A stretch of DNA of 17,769 nucleotides. It comes from Tubiluchus corallicola. Its lineage: Eukaryota > Animalia > Priapulida. The notes beneath the pieces are model-generated. The model did not search any database and was not told the origin of the DNA. It saw only the letters and a program-made list of their open reading frames with translations. Positions 1 to 8,813 of the stretch are shown in pieces (positions within the stretch are counted from its first letter, which is position 1; each line of letters opens with the position of its first letter). The position numbers and the translations under genes were made by a program. The stretch spans positions 1-17,769 of the forward strand of contig JAQGDQ010002498.1 in NCBI GenBank assembly GCA_030141605.1. The letters run 5' to 3'.

Positions 1-97
1 GGGGATGATTAGGTGGTATTTTTTTTTCTAATTTCTGTGAGCATACTGAGATACTATACACAACTATTAGGAGCAATAATAAGAATATACGTTTCAT
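1..97 (-). CDS. 5' end of a secreted protein (partial, runs off the window edge; not in the ORF track)
   Basis: Manual translation from ATG at 97 gives MKRIFLLLLLIVVYSISVCSQKLEKKIPPNHP, open to the edge. It has a Sec signal peptide shape followed by Q, as is common for Bacteroidota mature N-termini, and starts 12 bp after the stop of the upstream hydrolase. Confidence 0.8.
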   Translation of the reverse strand, partial: MKRIFLLLLLIVVYSISVCSQKLEKKIPPNHP

Positions 98-109
98 TTT
101 GTTTAGATT

Positions 110-1672
110 TTATTGAGTGATTGCTATGTAATTTATACTATACCCTTTTACAAAAAATGAAATTTTTTTATGCTTTATTTTTTGATGGTAAGGTGCTATT
201 TTCTTATAATCTTTCGAATTGGAAAAATTATTTTTAGAGTAAATATCATTGATGTAAAAATGTCTATCATCTAAACTATTAGCATTGATGGAGTGCCAAT
301 ACATATTACTTACTCTTTGAAAATTAGGAGTCTTTATTTCTATACTTTTGTCCTCATTACTTTGATTGATTATAACTAAACCCAGTTCGCCTGAAGAAAA
401 GCGAGAGGCATATACTTTTATATTTTCATCATTGGAGTTAGCTTTTATTAAAGCATCCCCAAAATACTTAGAATAATAATAATAAGCAAAAAAAGAAGGA
501 TGCGGCGTTCCATCTTTCACATTAGGTTCTCTACGAGCCAACATTCCGTGGTCGCCTCCTTCTTTGTCGTAGCCATTCTGAAAGTTCCAAAGCATTACCA
601 TACCATAGTTATTCTTTATATATTCTCCTATGGCTTGTGCAATGAACATTCCACTTACGTGCGATATTTCTCTACTACCTTGACGTATGTTGTATTCCGT
701 CATTGTAATAGGAAAATAATTTCTCGATTTGCTGGTATGTTTTTCTACAAGATTTTGAATGTCTATTGCATCAGCCTTTATTTTATAAATTTGTTGTAAT
801 ATTTTTTCAGAGCTATAATTGTTGGGCGATTGAGGAGTAAAATATTCGTGAATAATAAGAAAATCAGCCTTATTTTCTATATGTGGCAGCATTTTGGCAG
901 TCCAGTTATTATATCCCTTTTTAGGTTTTGTAGTCATTACTGCTACTGCTCCTACTTTGATGGTTGGGTCAGCAGCTTTCATAGAGTCTACAAAAACACA
1001 AAACCCCTTACCGTATTTTTCTCCATCTATGGTGTCGCCTTCTACTATGTAACCCGCTTGCCAAGGTCCATAATTTTCATTGCCTACCTCCCAGTATTTT
1101 ACATTCATTTTCTTTTCTTTATTCACATAACGAACAAAATTAGCAGCATAATGGGCGGCTTTTTGCAGTGCATCCTCACCTGTTCCATAACGTGAATACG
1201 AAAAATTAACACATATAACTGGCTTTGCATTTATATCCTGTGCCAACTTTAAAAAACCGTCTGTGCTTATTCGCTTTGGGTCATTTTTCCCTGATAGAGG
1301 CGGCTTCATATCTGTTTTCCTAAACTGATTGGGAATATTACCATCCCAGAAATAACGATTGGATATGTTGCCACCCGGCAATCTCATATATGTTACCCCT
1401 ACACTCTTCAAGTGTTCCAAAGAATTTCCTTCCGTAACCTTCTGATAGCCCGCTGCATTGTTGCCATATATGGTAGGCAGCACCCTTGTTATGGTATCAT
1501 TAGGGTGTATGGTTATAGTGACTTGTGGAACTTTGTATGAAGTTTCTTTTTTCTCTGTTTTTGACCATTTTTTAAACTTTCGCTCTTGCCATTCTTCTTG
1601 AAAGATCCCTTGCTGTGCTATGCTTGTTTGACAGATAAAAACTGATATTATTAACTGCAATATTACTTTCAT
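110..1672 (-). CDS. Secreted clan GH-A glycoside hydrolase, GH51-like (alpha-L-arabinofuranosidase-like; GH79/GH44 not excluded)
   Basis: Signal peptide (MKVILQLIISVFICQTSIA-Q). Motifs MRLPGG, YWEVGNENYG (acid/base Glu) and ITMTEYN (nucleophile Glu). C-terminal beta-sandwich (KVYASR..LGLVIIN). Located in a PUL. Confidence 0.8.
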   Translation of the reverse strand: MKVILQLIISVFICQTSIAQQGIFQEEWQERKFKKWSKTEKKETSYKVPQVTITIHPNDTITRVLPTIYGNNAAGYQKVTEGNSLEHLKSVGVTYMRLPGGNISNRYFWDGNIPNQFRKTDMKPPLSGKNDPKRISTDGFLKLAQDINAKPVICVNFSYSRYGTGEDALQKAAHYAANFVRYVNKEKKMNVKYWEVGNENYGPWQAGYIVEGDTIDGEKYGKGFCVFVDSMKAADPTIKVGAVAVMTTKPKKGYNNWTAKMLPHIENKADFLIIHEYFTPQSPNNYSSEKILQQIYKIKADAIDIQNLVEKHTSKSRNYFPITMTEYNIRQGSREISHVSGMFIAQAIGEYIKNNYGMVMLWNFQNGYDKEGGDHGMLARREPNVKDGTPHPSFFAYYYYSKYFGDALIKANSNDENIKVYASRFSSGELGLVIINQSNEDKSIEIKTPNFQRVSNMYWHSINANSLDDRHFYINDIYSKNNFSNSKDYKKIAPYHQKIKHKKISFFVKGYSINYIAITQ

Positions 1673-1684
1673 AGGCTATTATTT

Positions 1685-4007
1685 TTATCTAACAATCATT
1701 ATCTTTTGTTGTTTTGTTTTTAGCGTTCCTTCTAAAACAATCACATACATTCCTGCTTTATAAGTCCTTATATCTATTGCTATCCCTTTATCTAATTCAA
1801 AAGGTAATTTTACTTCGCTCAATAGGACTAATTCATCTTCGTCCACTTCCACATATTTTTCTCCATCTTCACCTATTATTATCTCATCATCTGTATATTC
1901 TCTTTCATTTGCTATCTCTTTTTCAAACAACAGACTTCCATTTAGAGTCAACATCTTTATTTTGTTGTAATACCCTTTTCTATAATCGTAATGAGGTATT
2001 TCTACTGTTAAGGTCTCTGATGCGGGATTAGGATATGTCTTGAACTCTGGCTGGCTTCCTTCTCCTGTTTCTATTATTTTTATGGTGTATTCTACTTTAT
2101 GCTCTTCACCTTTGCTGGGTTCGTAAATCATTTCATCGCCTGTTACCAAATGTTCGTAGTTGAAAATTCTTGATTGCCCTGCACTGTTAAACAACTTCAC
2201 TTGCCCTCCCATAGGAAAATCCACATCATCGCAACCATCATTATTAATATCATAAGTATCAGGAATATTCAAATAAAGATGTAGCTGCCTACGAGTAGTA
2301 GCAAAGGGCACTGTTATAGTACCTCTATCACCACTGAAACTTATTACAAAAATGGAAGTGTCAGAAGTAAGTATAGGAGGAGAAACATTGAATGTGTACT
2401 TTTCTGTGGCTGTTTCGTCGCCCGATATGATATTCAAAGTATCAGCTTCATTTATATAATTGTAACACGCCTCGCCTTTTTTTATGATAGGTTGTGCCTT
2501 GTAAGGCAGTATAAGAGCATCTCTAAGCTCCAGTTCGTCCGTTCGATAAGGAAGGGTTATCACACCTTCTGCCACACTAAAACCTTCTTCTTCTGCTGTT
2601 TCGCTGAAGCTAACATTCGTTTCGCTGCCAGCATCCAATACTTCTATTCCATAGTAAATAATATCGTTGCTGGCAAGTGTTACTTTTAGCTTATCAGCTT
2701 TTGTTACTATCTGATTATCATCTGTAATTTCTGTATCTTCACTATCTACAACAATAAAACTCCCGCCTCCTTTTTCAATTGTTATACTATTCTTTATAGT
2801 TTCTACAAGTATATTCTTTGAAACTTTTATATTTTTCTGACTATTGAATATCCTTACACGTTGGTCGTTAGAGGATAGCTCTACCTCATTGGCAATACTT
2901 GCATCGCTACCTATCAAAAGAATTCAAATAAAATGTTCCCGTTTCAAGTGCCTGTGGCGAATGTAGCTTCACAGACTGCACTCTATGTGACATATAGTTA
3001 AAATGTTGTGTCAGATCTATATATTTCTCAAAATAAGCATCGCCCGTAGGAGGTAGGAAAATATTTTCCTCTCTGTATTCCTCTTCATTGATTTTAATTA
3101 GTATGTCCCACGTGAAATCATAGTTCGATTTGTACTTAATCTTCAATATCCCTTCTTGCTTGCGCAGGGTAGTATCCATTATAAACTCTATATAATCGCT
3201 ACTTGTTGTTTCCACCACATTATTCACGTCAACTTTCAAGTCAGTTCCGTCAAAACTAGTGCTAACAGACCCATCTGACACTATTTTATTAGCATCGTTC
3301 AAATCGTCACCCTTTGCTTCATAATTACGAGGGACACCTGTTATTAGCTCTGCTCCATTACCTACAATAATACGGTGTATGAAAAGGGTGTCGTCTTCGG
3401 TTATGAGAGTAGTGCCATCTGCCGCAAAAGTATTGAAAAAATCTACTTGTCTTAATTTAAACATTTCTTCATCATCAATGTTCCAGTTTTTTGTATCACG
3501 AAGATAAAAACTAATAGTATCCAATTCATTCTCATCTGTTGTATTATATTCCTGAATAGAAAAAAAAGTGAGGTATTGACCGTCGTATAAATATCCTCTT
3601 GGTGCTATACGAGAAGATCTGCCAGCAGCAGGAGACGTAGTAGGGTAATGATATATAACAGTACAATAGGGTTTATACAAACCTACTTGTATATCGGGCG
3701 ATGTCGAAAGTTCAAGCCTCCAACCCGCATTAGCATTTTGACGATAATTATTTCCTTCTACTGCTAATCCAATAAAATCATCTTTGCCATACGTATAGAT
3801 GAATTTATCATCTCCATCGTTGTTATTCGTTTGTAGAGAAACCGTTCCTTTTTCTTCTCCCTTATGTTTCCATTTCATTGTTCCCTCTTCTACCCATATA
3901 TCTACATTATAAGAATAGTTTTGGGGATCTTGTGCCGCTGCTCTACTGCTCCAAAGTCCTACAAGTATTACAATGATAGGAACAATATATTTATAAATAT
4001 TTTTCAT
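1685..4007 (-). pseudogene. T9SS-secreted multidomain protein (~774 aa if intact), split by a frameshift at ~2910-2923 into ORFs 2907..4007 and 1685..2917; true pseudogene or sequencing error
   Basis: The upstream ORF has a signal peptide (..GLWSSRAAA-Q) and no sorting domain. The downstream ORF has only a TTG start, no signal peptide, and ends in a type A T9SS C-terminal domain (YPNP...IDI...GMYVI...KIMIVR). The ORFs overlap by 11 bp in different frames at a T4 run. Confidence 0.75.
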
Positions 4008-4039
4008 AATAACTAATATTTAAAAATCTATAATAGTTT

Positions 4040-5674
4040 TTAGTACCCAAAGTTATTTTCATTTATCAAGTTGTTTTGGTCTATTTCTGCTTGTGGAATA
4101 GGAAACAATAGGTGCTTCTCCTCCCAAATTACCCCAGTGGGTCTATTAGGGTCGTATTTTCGAACTGTTTCCTCTATTTCGGTCATTACCTCTATATATC
4201 TACCTCTTCTTATCAAGTCGTGTCTTCTGTTGAACTCCCCTGCAAACTCTACTGCTCGTTCCCAAAGAATAGCTTCTCTTAGTTCTTCTTGGCTGGCTGT
4301 ATTTTCCGTTCTTGCATCTGCATTTGTTCTCACCGCATTCAGTTTTCCCTGAGCCTCTGCACTATTGGGGTTGAGCTCATTCTCAGCTTCTGCCCACATA
4401 AGCACAACATCTGTATAGCGAATAATAGGTATATCACAACTATTTTGACTGCTTACCGTAGCACTCTCATCCCAATACTTTCTTAGCCAAGGGCCATACT
4501 GCCAGTTAGACAAGTCTCCACTTTTCCAGTTCTTTACTTCATCTCCCGAATCATCAGGGTAGCCAAATTCTTTCAAATCATCTCCGTCCCCATCTTCATA
4601 AGGCACAGGGTAACGCCTTAATATCTCCTCCACCACACCATCTACTGTTCTCTCATCTCTAAAAACGTGGTATATCCTACAAATTAGCCGCTTATCGCTG
4701 ATGCCGTTTTTCTCAATAATTTCATTTTCAAACCAACGCTCCAGCCTAATTCTACCACTCCAACCTGCCCCATTATAAAATTCCGTAGGATTAAAGTAAT
4801 TAGCAATATGCGTACCTAGCGACTCTGTATTTATATGCCTAAATGAGAATATAAATTCTATATTTTCCTCATTTTTTGCCTCAAAGAGCAAATCGTTCAA
4901 CTCTTCTTTTAAAAAAGCATTTTCTCCTAGCGATTGTAATACTAAATCAGCATAATATTTTGTAGAATCCCAACAAGCACCAAAAGAATTTTGCTCATTT
5001 CCATTGCCTGCTAAGGTAAGATAAACCCTTGCCAACATTCCCCAAGCAGCTTCTTTTGTGGCTCTTCCTTTTTCGGAAGTCTCTCTCATTGTCCAAAGTT
5101 GTTGTCCCGCTGTTTTCAAATCGTTAAGAGCCTGCTGATACACCTCTTCCAAAGTTTCTGACCTTGCCTTGTTGAAATCTTCGTTTGTTTTAGAGGTGGT
5201 AGTTCTAATAGGCACTCGCCCAAAGTTTCTTGCCAGTTCAAAATAAGAAAGTCCTCTAATAAAAAGAGCCTCGCCAAGCAAACGTTGCTTTAAACTTTCT
5301 ATTAGAATCTCTTCGTCCATATCATAGATATTTTCCAAAGCATAATTAGCTCTAGCAATAGCAGTATAAAAAGAAGACCATATATTATTTAACCAAGTAT
5401 GATTGGCATTTATTTTTCCAGTGGAGGCAATTTGCAAATCATTGTTATTCGGGTTGCAATAAAACAAATCGTTACCTGCGTGCAATAGTTGAGAAAATAT
5501 AGCCCCATAAGGACTATACCCCGAAAGGGCAGGGTAACAAGCGTTCACAGCATATACTGCATCTTGTTCTGTTAAAAAAAACTCGCTCTCTCTTACAAAA
5601 GTATAATCCTTCTCCTGCAAAGAGCACCCTACAAAAAAGAGTGTTGATATTACTAAAAGATATATATTTTTCAT
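4040..5674 (-). CDS. susD: RagB/SusD family glycan-binding outer-membrane lipoprotein
   Basis: Lipobox LFFVG-C (Cys17). SusD motifs GEALFIRGLSYFEL, IIRYTDVVLMWAEAENE, ERAVEFAGE, RRHDLIR and FPIPQAEI..N...NFGY. Lies 26 bp downstream of susC. Confidence 0.95.
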   Translation of the reverse strand: MKNIYLLVISTLFFVGCSLQEKDYTFVRESEFFLTEQDAVYAVNACYPALSGYSPYGAIFSQLLHAGNDLFYCNPNNNDLQIASTGKINANHTWLNNIWSSFYTAIARANYALENIYDMDEEILIESLKQRLLGEALFIRGLSYFELARNFGRVPIRTTTSKTNEDFNKARSETLEEVYQQALNDLKTAGQQLWTMRETSEKGRATKEAAWGMLARVYLTLAGNGNEQNSFGACWDSTKYYADLVLQSLGENAFLKEELNDLLFEAKNEENIEFIFSFRHINTESLGTHIANYFNPTEFYNGAGWSGRIRLERWFENEIIEKNGISDKRLICRIYHVFRDERTVDGVVEEILRRYPVPYEDGDGDDLKEFGYPDDSGDEVKNWKSGDLSNWQYGPWLRKYWDESATVSSQNSCDIPIIRYTDVVLMWAEAENELNPNSAEAQGKLNAVRTNADARTENTASQEELREAILWERAVEFAGEFNRRHDLIRRGRYIEVMTEIEETVRKYDPNRPTGVIWEEKHLLFPIPQAEIDQNNLINENNFGY

Positions 5675-5700
5675 AACACTTGTATATATTACTTTTCAAT

Positions 5701-8700
5701 TTAAAAATTGAGATTGAAACCCACAGTATATGTTGCACTCAATGGATATGTTCCTGCATCTACCCCTCTTCTTGCAGGATCTTGTCCAAAGGAGCTTGCC
5801 TCAGGGTCAAATCCACTATACTTGGTTAGTGTAAGCAAGTTATTACCAGATATATACACCAACATATTTTTTATCATTCTCACCTTCGTTAGGTTAAAAT
5901 TGTAGGCTAACCTCACGTTTTTAAGCCTTATAAAAGACCCATCCTCTACAAACCTATCACTAAATGGCATGTCAGCCCTGTTGTTATTTACCTTAGGGTG
6001 TATATTGGACGTTCCTTCGCCAGTCCACCTATTTTCCCAAATTTCAACCGCTGTATTTTGAAAGCCTTTGGCTTGTGCCAGCACATAGCCTGTTTGATTA
6101 ATAACATCGTTGCCATAAACAGCCTGAACAAAAATACTCAAATCAAAGCCTTTATAGGTGAAAGTATTGGTAATACCACAAATAAAATCAGGGTTAACAT
6201 CTCCTATAACAGTTCTATCATTTACCTCATCTATTACACCATCTCCGTTCATATCTTTGTATCTGATTTCGCCTACATCGTGATTCAATGAGTATGCAGG
6301 ACCATCCGCCAATTCTTGTTCATTCTGAAAAATACCATCTTCTACAAAGCCATAAATTGCCCCAATAGGCAGCCCCTCTTCCTGTATAAATGGTGCTAAA
6401 TTCATTGCCCCAGTTCCAAATTTGCCCGCAAACTGTATTTCTGGAAGTTCTAATATTTTATTCCTGTTCATAGAATAATTAACATCAACAAACCATCTTA
6501 ACTTCTTTTGAATAATACCTGCATTAAGCTGTATTTCTATTCCTTTATTTTCTATTACTCCAAAGTTCTGCACTTGCGAAGCAAAACCATTACTGATAGG
6601 TATGTTTTTTATTTGCAGCAAGTCTTTTGTCTTTTTATAATAAACATCTGTTGTTAAATTAAGCCTGTTTTTAAAAAAGCCAAAATCTACACCTGTATTG
6701 TATTGCGATGTAGTTTCCCATTTAAGATTTTCATTAGGTATTGTTGCCCTCGTCAACCCTGTCTCTTCATTACCACTAAGAGGATAATTATTAATACTTA
6801 ATCTACCTATTGTTTCATATGGGTTGATGGCTTGATTTCCTGTCTGACCATAACTCAACCGCAGTTTCAAATTGCTAATTAAAGGGTCGTTTTTAAGAAA
6901 GTCTTCTTGCGATATCCTCCACGCAAACGCTCCCGAAGGGAAAAAACTCCATTTATTACCTTCTGAAAACTTAGATGAGCCATCGTACCTCCCTGACACT
7001 GTTAGCAAATACTTGCCTCCATAGTTGTAATTTACCCTACCCGTAAACGACAAAAGTTCGTTTGTTTCACCATCACTGCTCAAAGAGTAGGTATACTGCT
7101 TTCCCAACCCTAAATTGCCATTCTCTAAAATGTCATTAGGAAAGTCACTTGCCTGAGCAAAACTGGATTCTTTAATTATTTGCTGGTACGAGTGAACTGC
7201 TACTGCATTTATTCTGTGTTTCTTTATCTTTTTTATATAAGTAAGTTGGTTTTCATTGGTGAAAGACGATTTTTCTCTAGTAGATAATGCTCCCACTCCG
7301 TTTTCTCTCCTACCCTTGCTTGTATTGCTTGCATAGTACTGGTCTCTACGTGTTCTTAAGAAATCATTACTCACATTTGTTTTGAATGCAAGGTCTTCTG
7401 TTATCTGATAGTTAAGATAAATATTGGCTAAGGCTCTGAAAACATTAGAATTGTCTAATGTATATTCAGCATCAAAATAGGGGTTGTAATCATCATCATT
7501 CTCATCGACTATTTCGTCAAGATTCTTTACCGGGTTAGCTATCAACGCTTTTTTCACAATACCTCCTAATGAAGTTCCCGCTGTGGAAGAGGTTGGGACT
7601 CCTTGATTGTCAGAAAAAGATATCGAAGTCCTTGTTCCTATTCTTATTTTATCATTAATATCCGTATCTAAGTTAACCCTCAAACTATTTCTCTTAAAAC
7701 TACTGTTGATAATAATCCCCTCTTGGTTGAGATGATTAAAAGATATCATATAACTAGTTTTTTCTCCTCCTCCGCTAAATCTTAAATCATAATTCTGACT
7801 ATATGCCTGCCTAAAAACTAAATCCTGCCAATAAGCTCCATCTCCCGGTTCAGGAAAATCTTGACTTCCCTCTGTTTCTCCCAATGGACCTCCATTGTAG
7901 ATGGGAGCAAGACCTGCATTGACTTGAGCTTCATTTCTATATTCGGCATACTCTATAGCACTAAGCACATCTATAGTATTTACAACTTCGCTTATAGAAA
8001 AAGAAGAGCTAAAGGCTACATTGGTTTGACCTTTTTTGCCCGTTTTAGTAGTGATAAGCACCACTCCATTTGCACCTCTTGAGCCGTATATAGCAGTAGC
8101 AGAAGCATCTTTTAATATTTCTATTGATTCTATATCAGCAGGGTTGATAGTGGACATTACATTTACAGGCGATTGAGTTTCATCGCCTATACCCATTGCA
8201 TTATCTGCATTATTATCGCTTTCAATAGGGACTCCATCTATTATATAAAGTGGCTCTGTGCCTCCTAACATTGAGTTGCTTCCTCTTATTTGAATACTCA
8301 AGCCTCCTCCTGGAGCACCACTGGTTTGGGTTACTGTTACACCTGCTACCCTTCCCTGTAAGCCTTGCTCAACAGTAGTAATAACTTGTTTTTCCAACTC
8401 TTCTGCCTTCACAGATGAAACACTACCCGTAAAATCGCTCCTTTTTGCTGTTCCATAACCAACTACTATAACCTCATCTAATCCTTTAACTTCTGGTTTT
8501 AAGGCAATGTTTATAGTGCTCTTGCCATCTGTGTTTATATACTGTGTTTCATACCCTAAGAAAGAAACAACCAACATTTCTTTATTAGAGGGCAGTGATA
8601 ATTGAAAGTTACCATAAATGTCTGTAACAGTTCCTAATGACGTTCCCTTTACAACAATATTTGTTCCTGGCAGTGTTTCACCAGTTTCATCTTTGACCAT

Positions 8701-8787
8701 TCCCCTTATTATAAATTGAGAATAAGTCATATTGACTGTTATAATAGCAACTATTACAGTTATTATTAATTTTACATTCAGAGACAT
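5701..8787 (-). CDS. susC: SusC/RagA family TonB-dependent outer-membrane transporter
   Basis: N-terminal extension (IRGMVKDETGETLPG..GTVTDIYGNF), LDEVIVVGYG, plug signature INPADIESIEILKDASATAIYGSRGANGVVLITTK, and terminal Phe (GFNLNF). Start placed at ATG 8787 (MSLNVKLIITVIVAII..) because the track start at 8847 overlaps the sulfatase and adds 20 non-signal residues. Confidence 0.96.
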   Translation of the reverse strand: MSLNVKLIITVIVAIITVNMTYSQFIIRGMVKDETGETLPGTNIVVKGTSLGTVTDIYGNFQLSLPSNKEMLVVSFLGYETQYINTDGKSTINIALKPEVKGLDEVIVVGYGTAKRSDFTGSVSSVKAEELEKQVITTVEQGLQGRVAGVTVTQTSGAPGGGLSIQIRGSNSMLGGTEPLYIIDGVPIESDNNADNAMGIGDETQSPVNVMSTINPADIESIEILKDASATAIYGSRGANGVVLITTKTGKKGQTNVAFSSSFSISEVVNTIDVLSAIEYAEYRNEAQVNAGLAPIYNGGPLGETEGSQDFPEPGDGAYWQDLVFRQAYSQNYDLRFSGGGEKTSYMISFNHLNQEGIIINSSFKRNSLRVNLDTDINDKIRIGTRTSISFSDNQGVPTSSTAGTSLGGIVKKALIANPVKNLDEIVDENDDDYNPYFDAEYTLDNSNVFRALANIYLNYQITEDLAFKTNVSNDFLRTRRDQYYASNTSKGRRENGVGALSTREKSSFTNENQLTYIKKIKKHRINAVAVHSYQQIIKESSFAQASDFPNDILENGNLGLGKQYTYSLSSDGETNELLSFTGRVNYNYGGKYLLTVSGRYDGSSKFSEGNKWSFFPSGAFAWRISQEDFLKNDPLISNLKLRLSYGQTGNQAINPYETIGRLSINNYPLSGNEETGLTRATIPNENLKWETTSQYNTGVDFGFFKNRLNLTTDVYYKKTKDLLQIKNIPISNGFASQVQNFGVIENKGIEIQLNAGIIQKKLRWFVDVNYSMNRNKILELPEIQFAGKFGTGAMNLAPFIQEEGLPIGAIYGFVEDGIFQNEQELADGPAYSLNHDVGEIRYKDMNGDGVIDEVNDRTVIGDVNPDFICGITNTFTYKGFDLSIFVQAVYGNDVINQTGYVLAQAKGFQNTAVEIWENRWTGEGTSNIHPKVNNNRADMPFSDRFVEDGSFIRLKNVRLAYNFNLTKVRMIKNMLVYISGNNLLTLTKYSGFDPEASSFGQDPARRGVDAGTYPLSATYTVGFNLNF

Positions 8788-8813
8788 AACAAAAATTTTA
8801 GCTTTTAATTTGT

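Noticed and set aside
500-2689. Plus-strand ORFs 500..799, 830..1195, 1714..2031 and 2492..2689
   Set aside because: Antisense shadows of well-supported minus-strand genes; no motifs and atypical composition.
3993-5676. susD and the next gene both begin MKNIY
   Set aside because: A/T-rich MK-N-I starts are common in Bacteroidota signal peptides, and the similarity ends after five codons.
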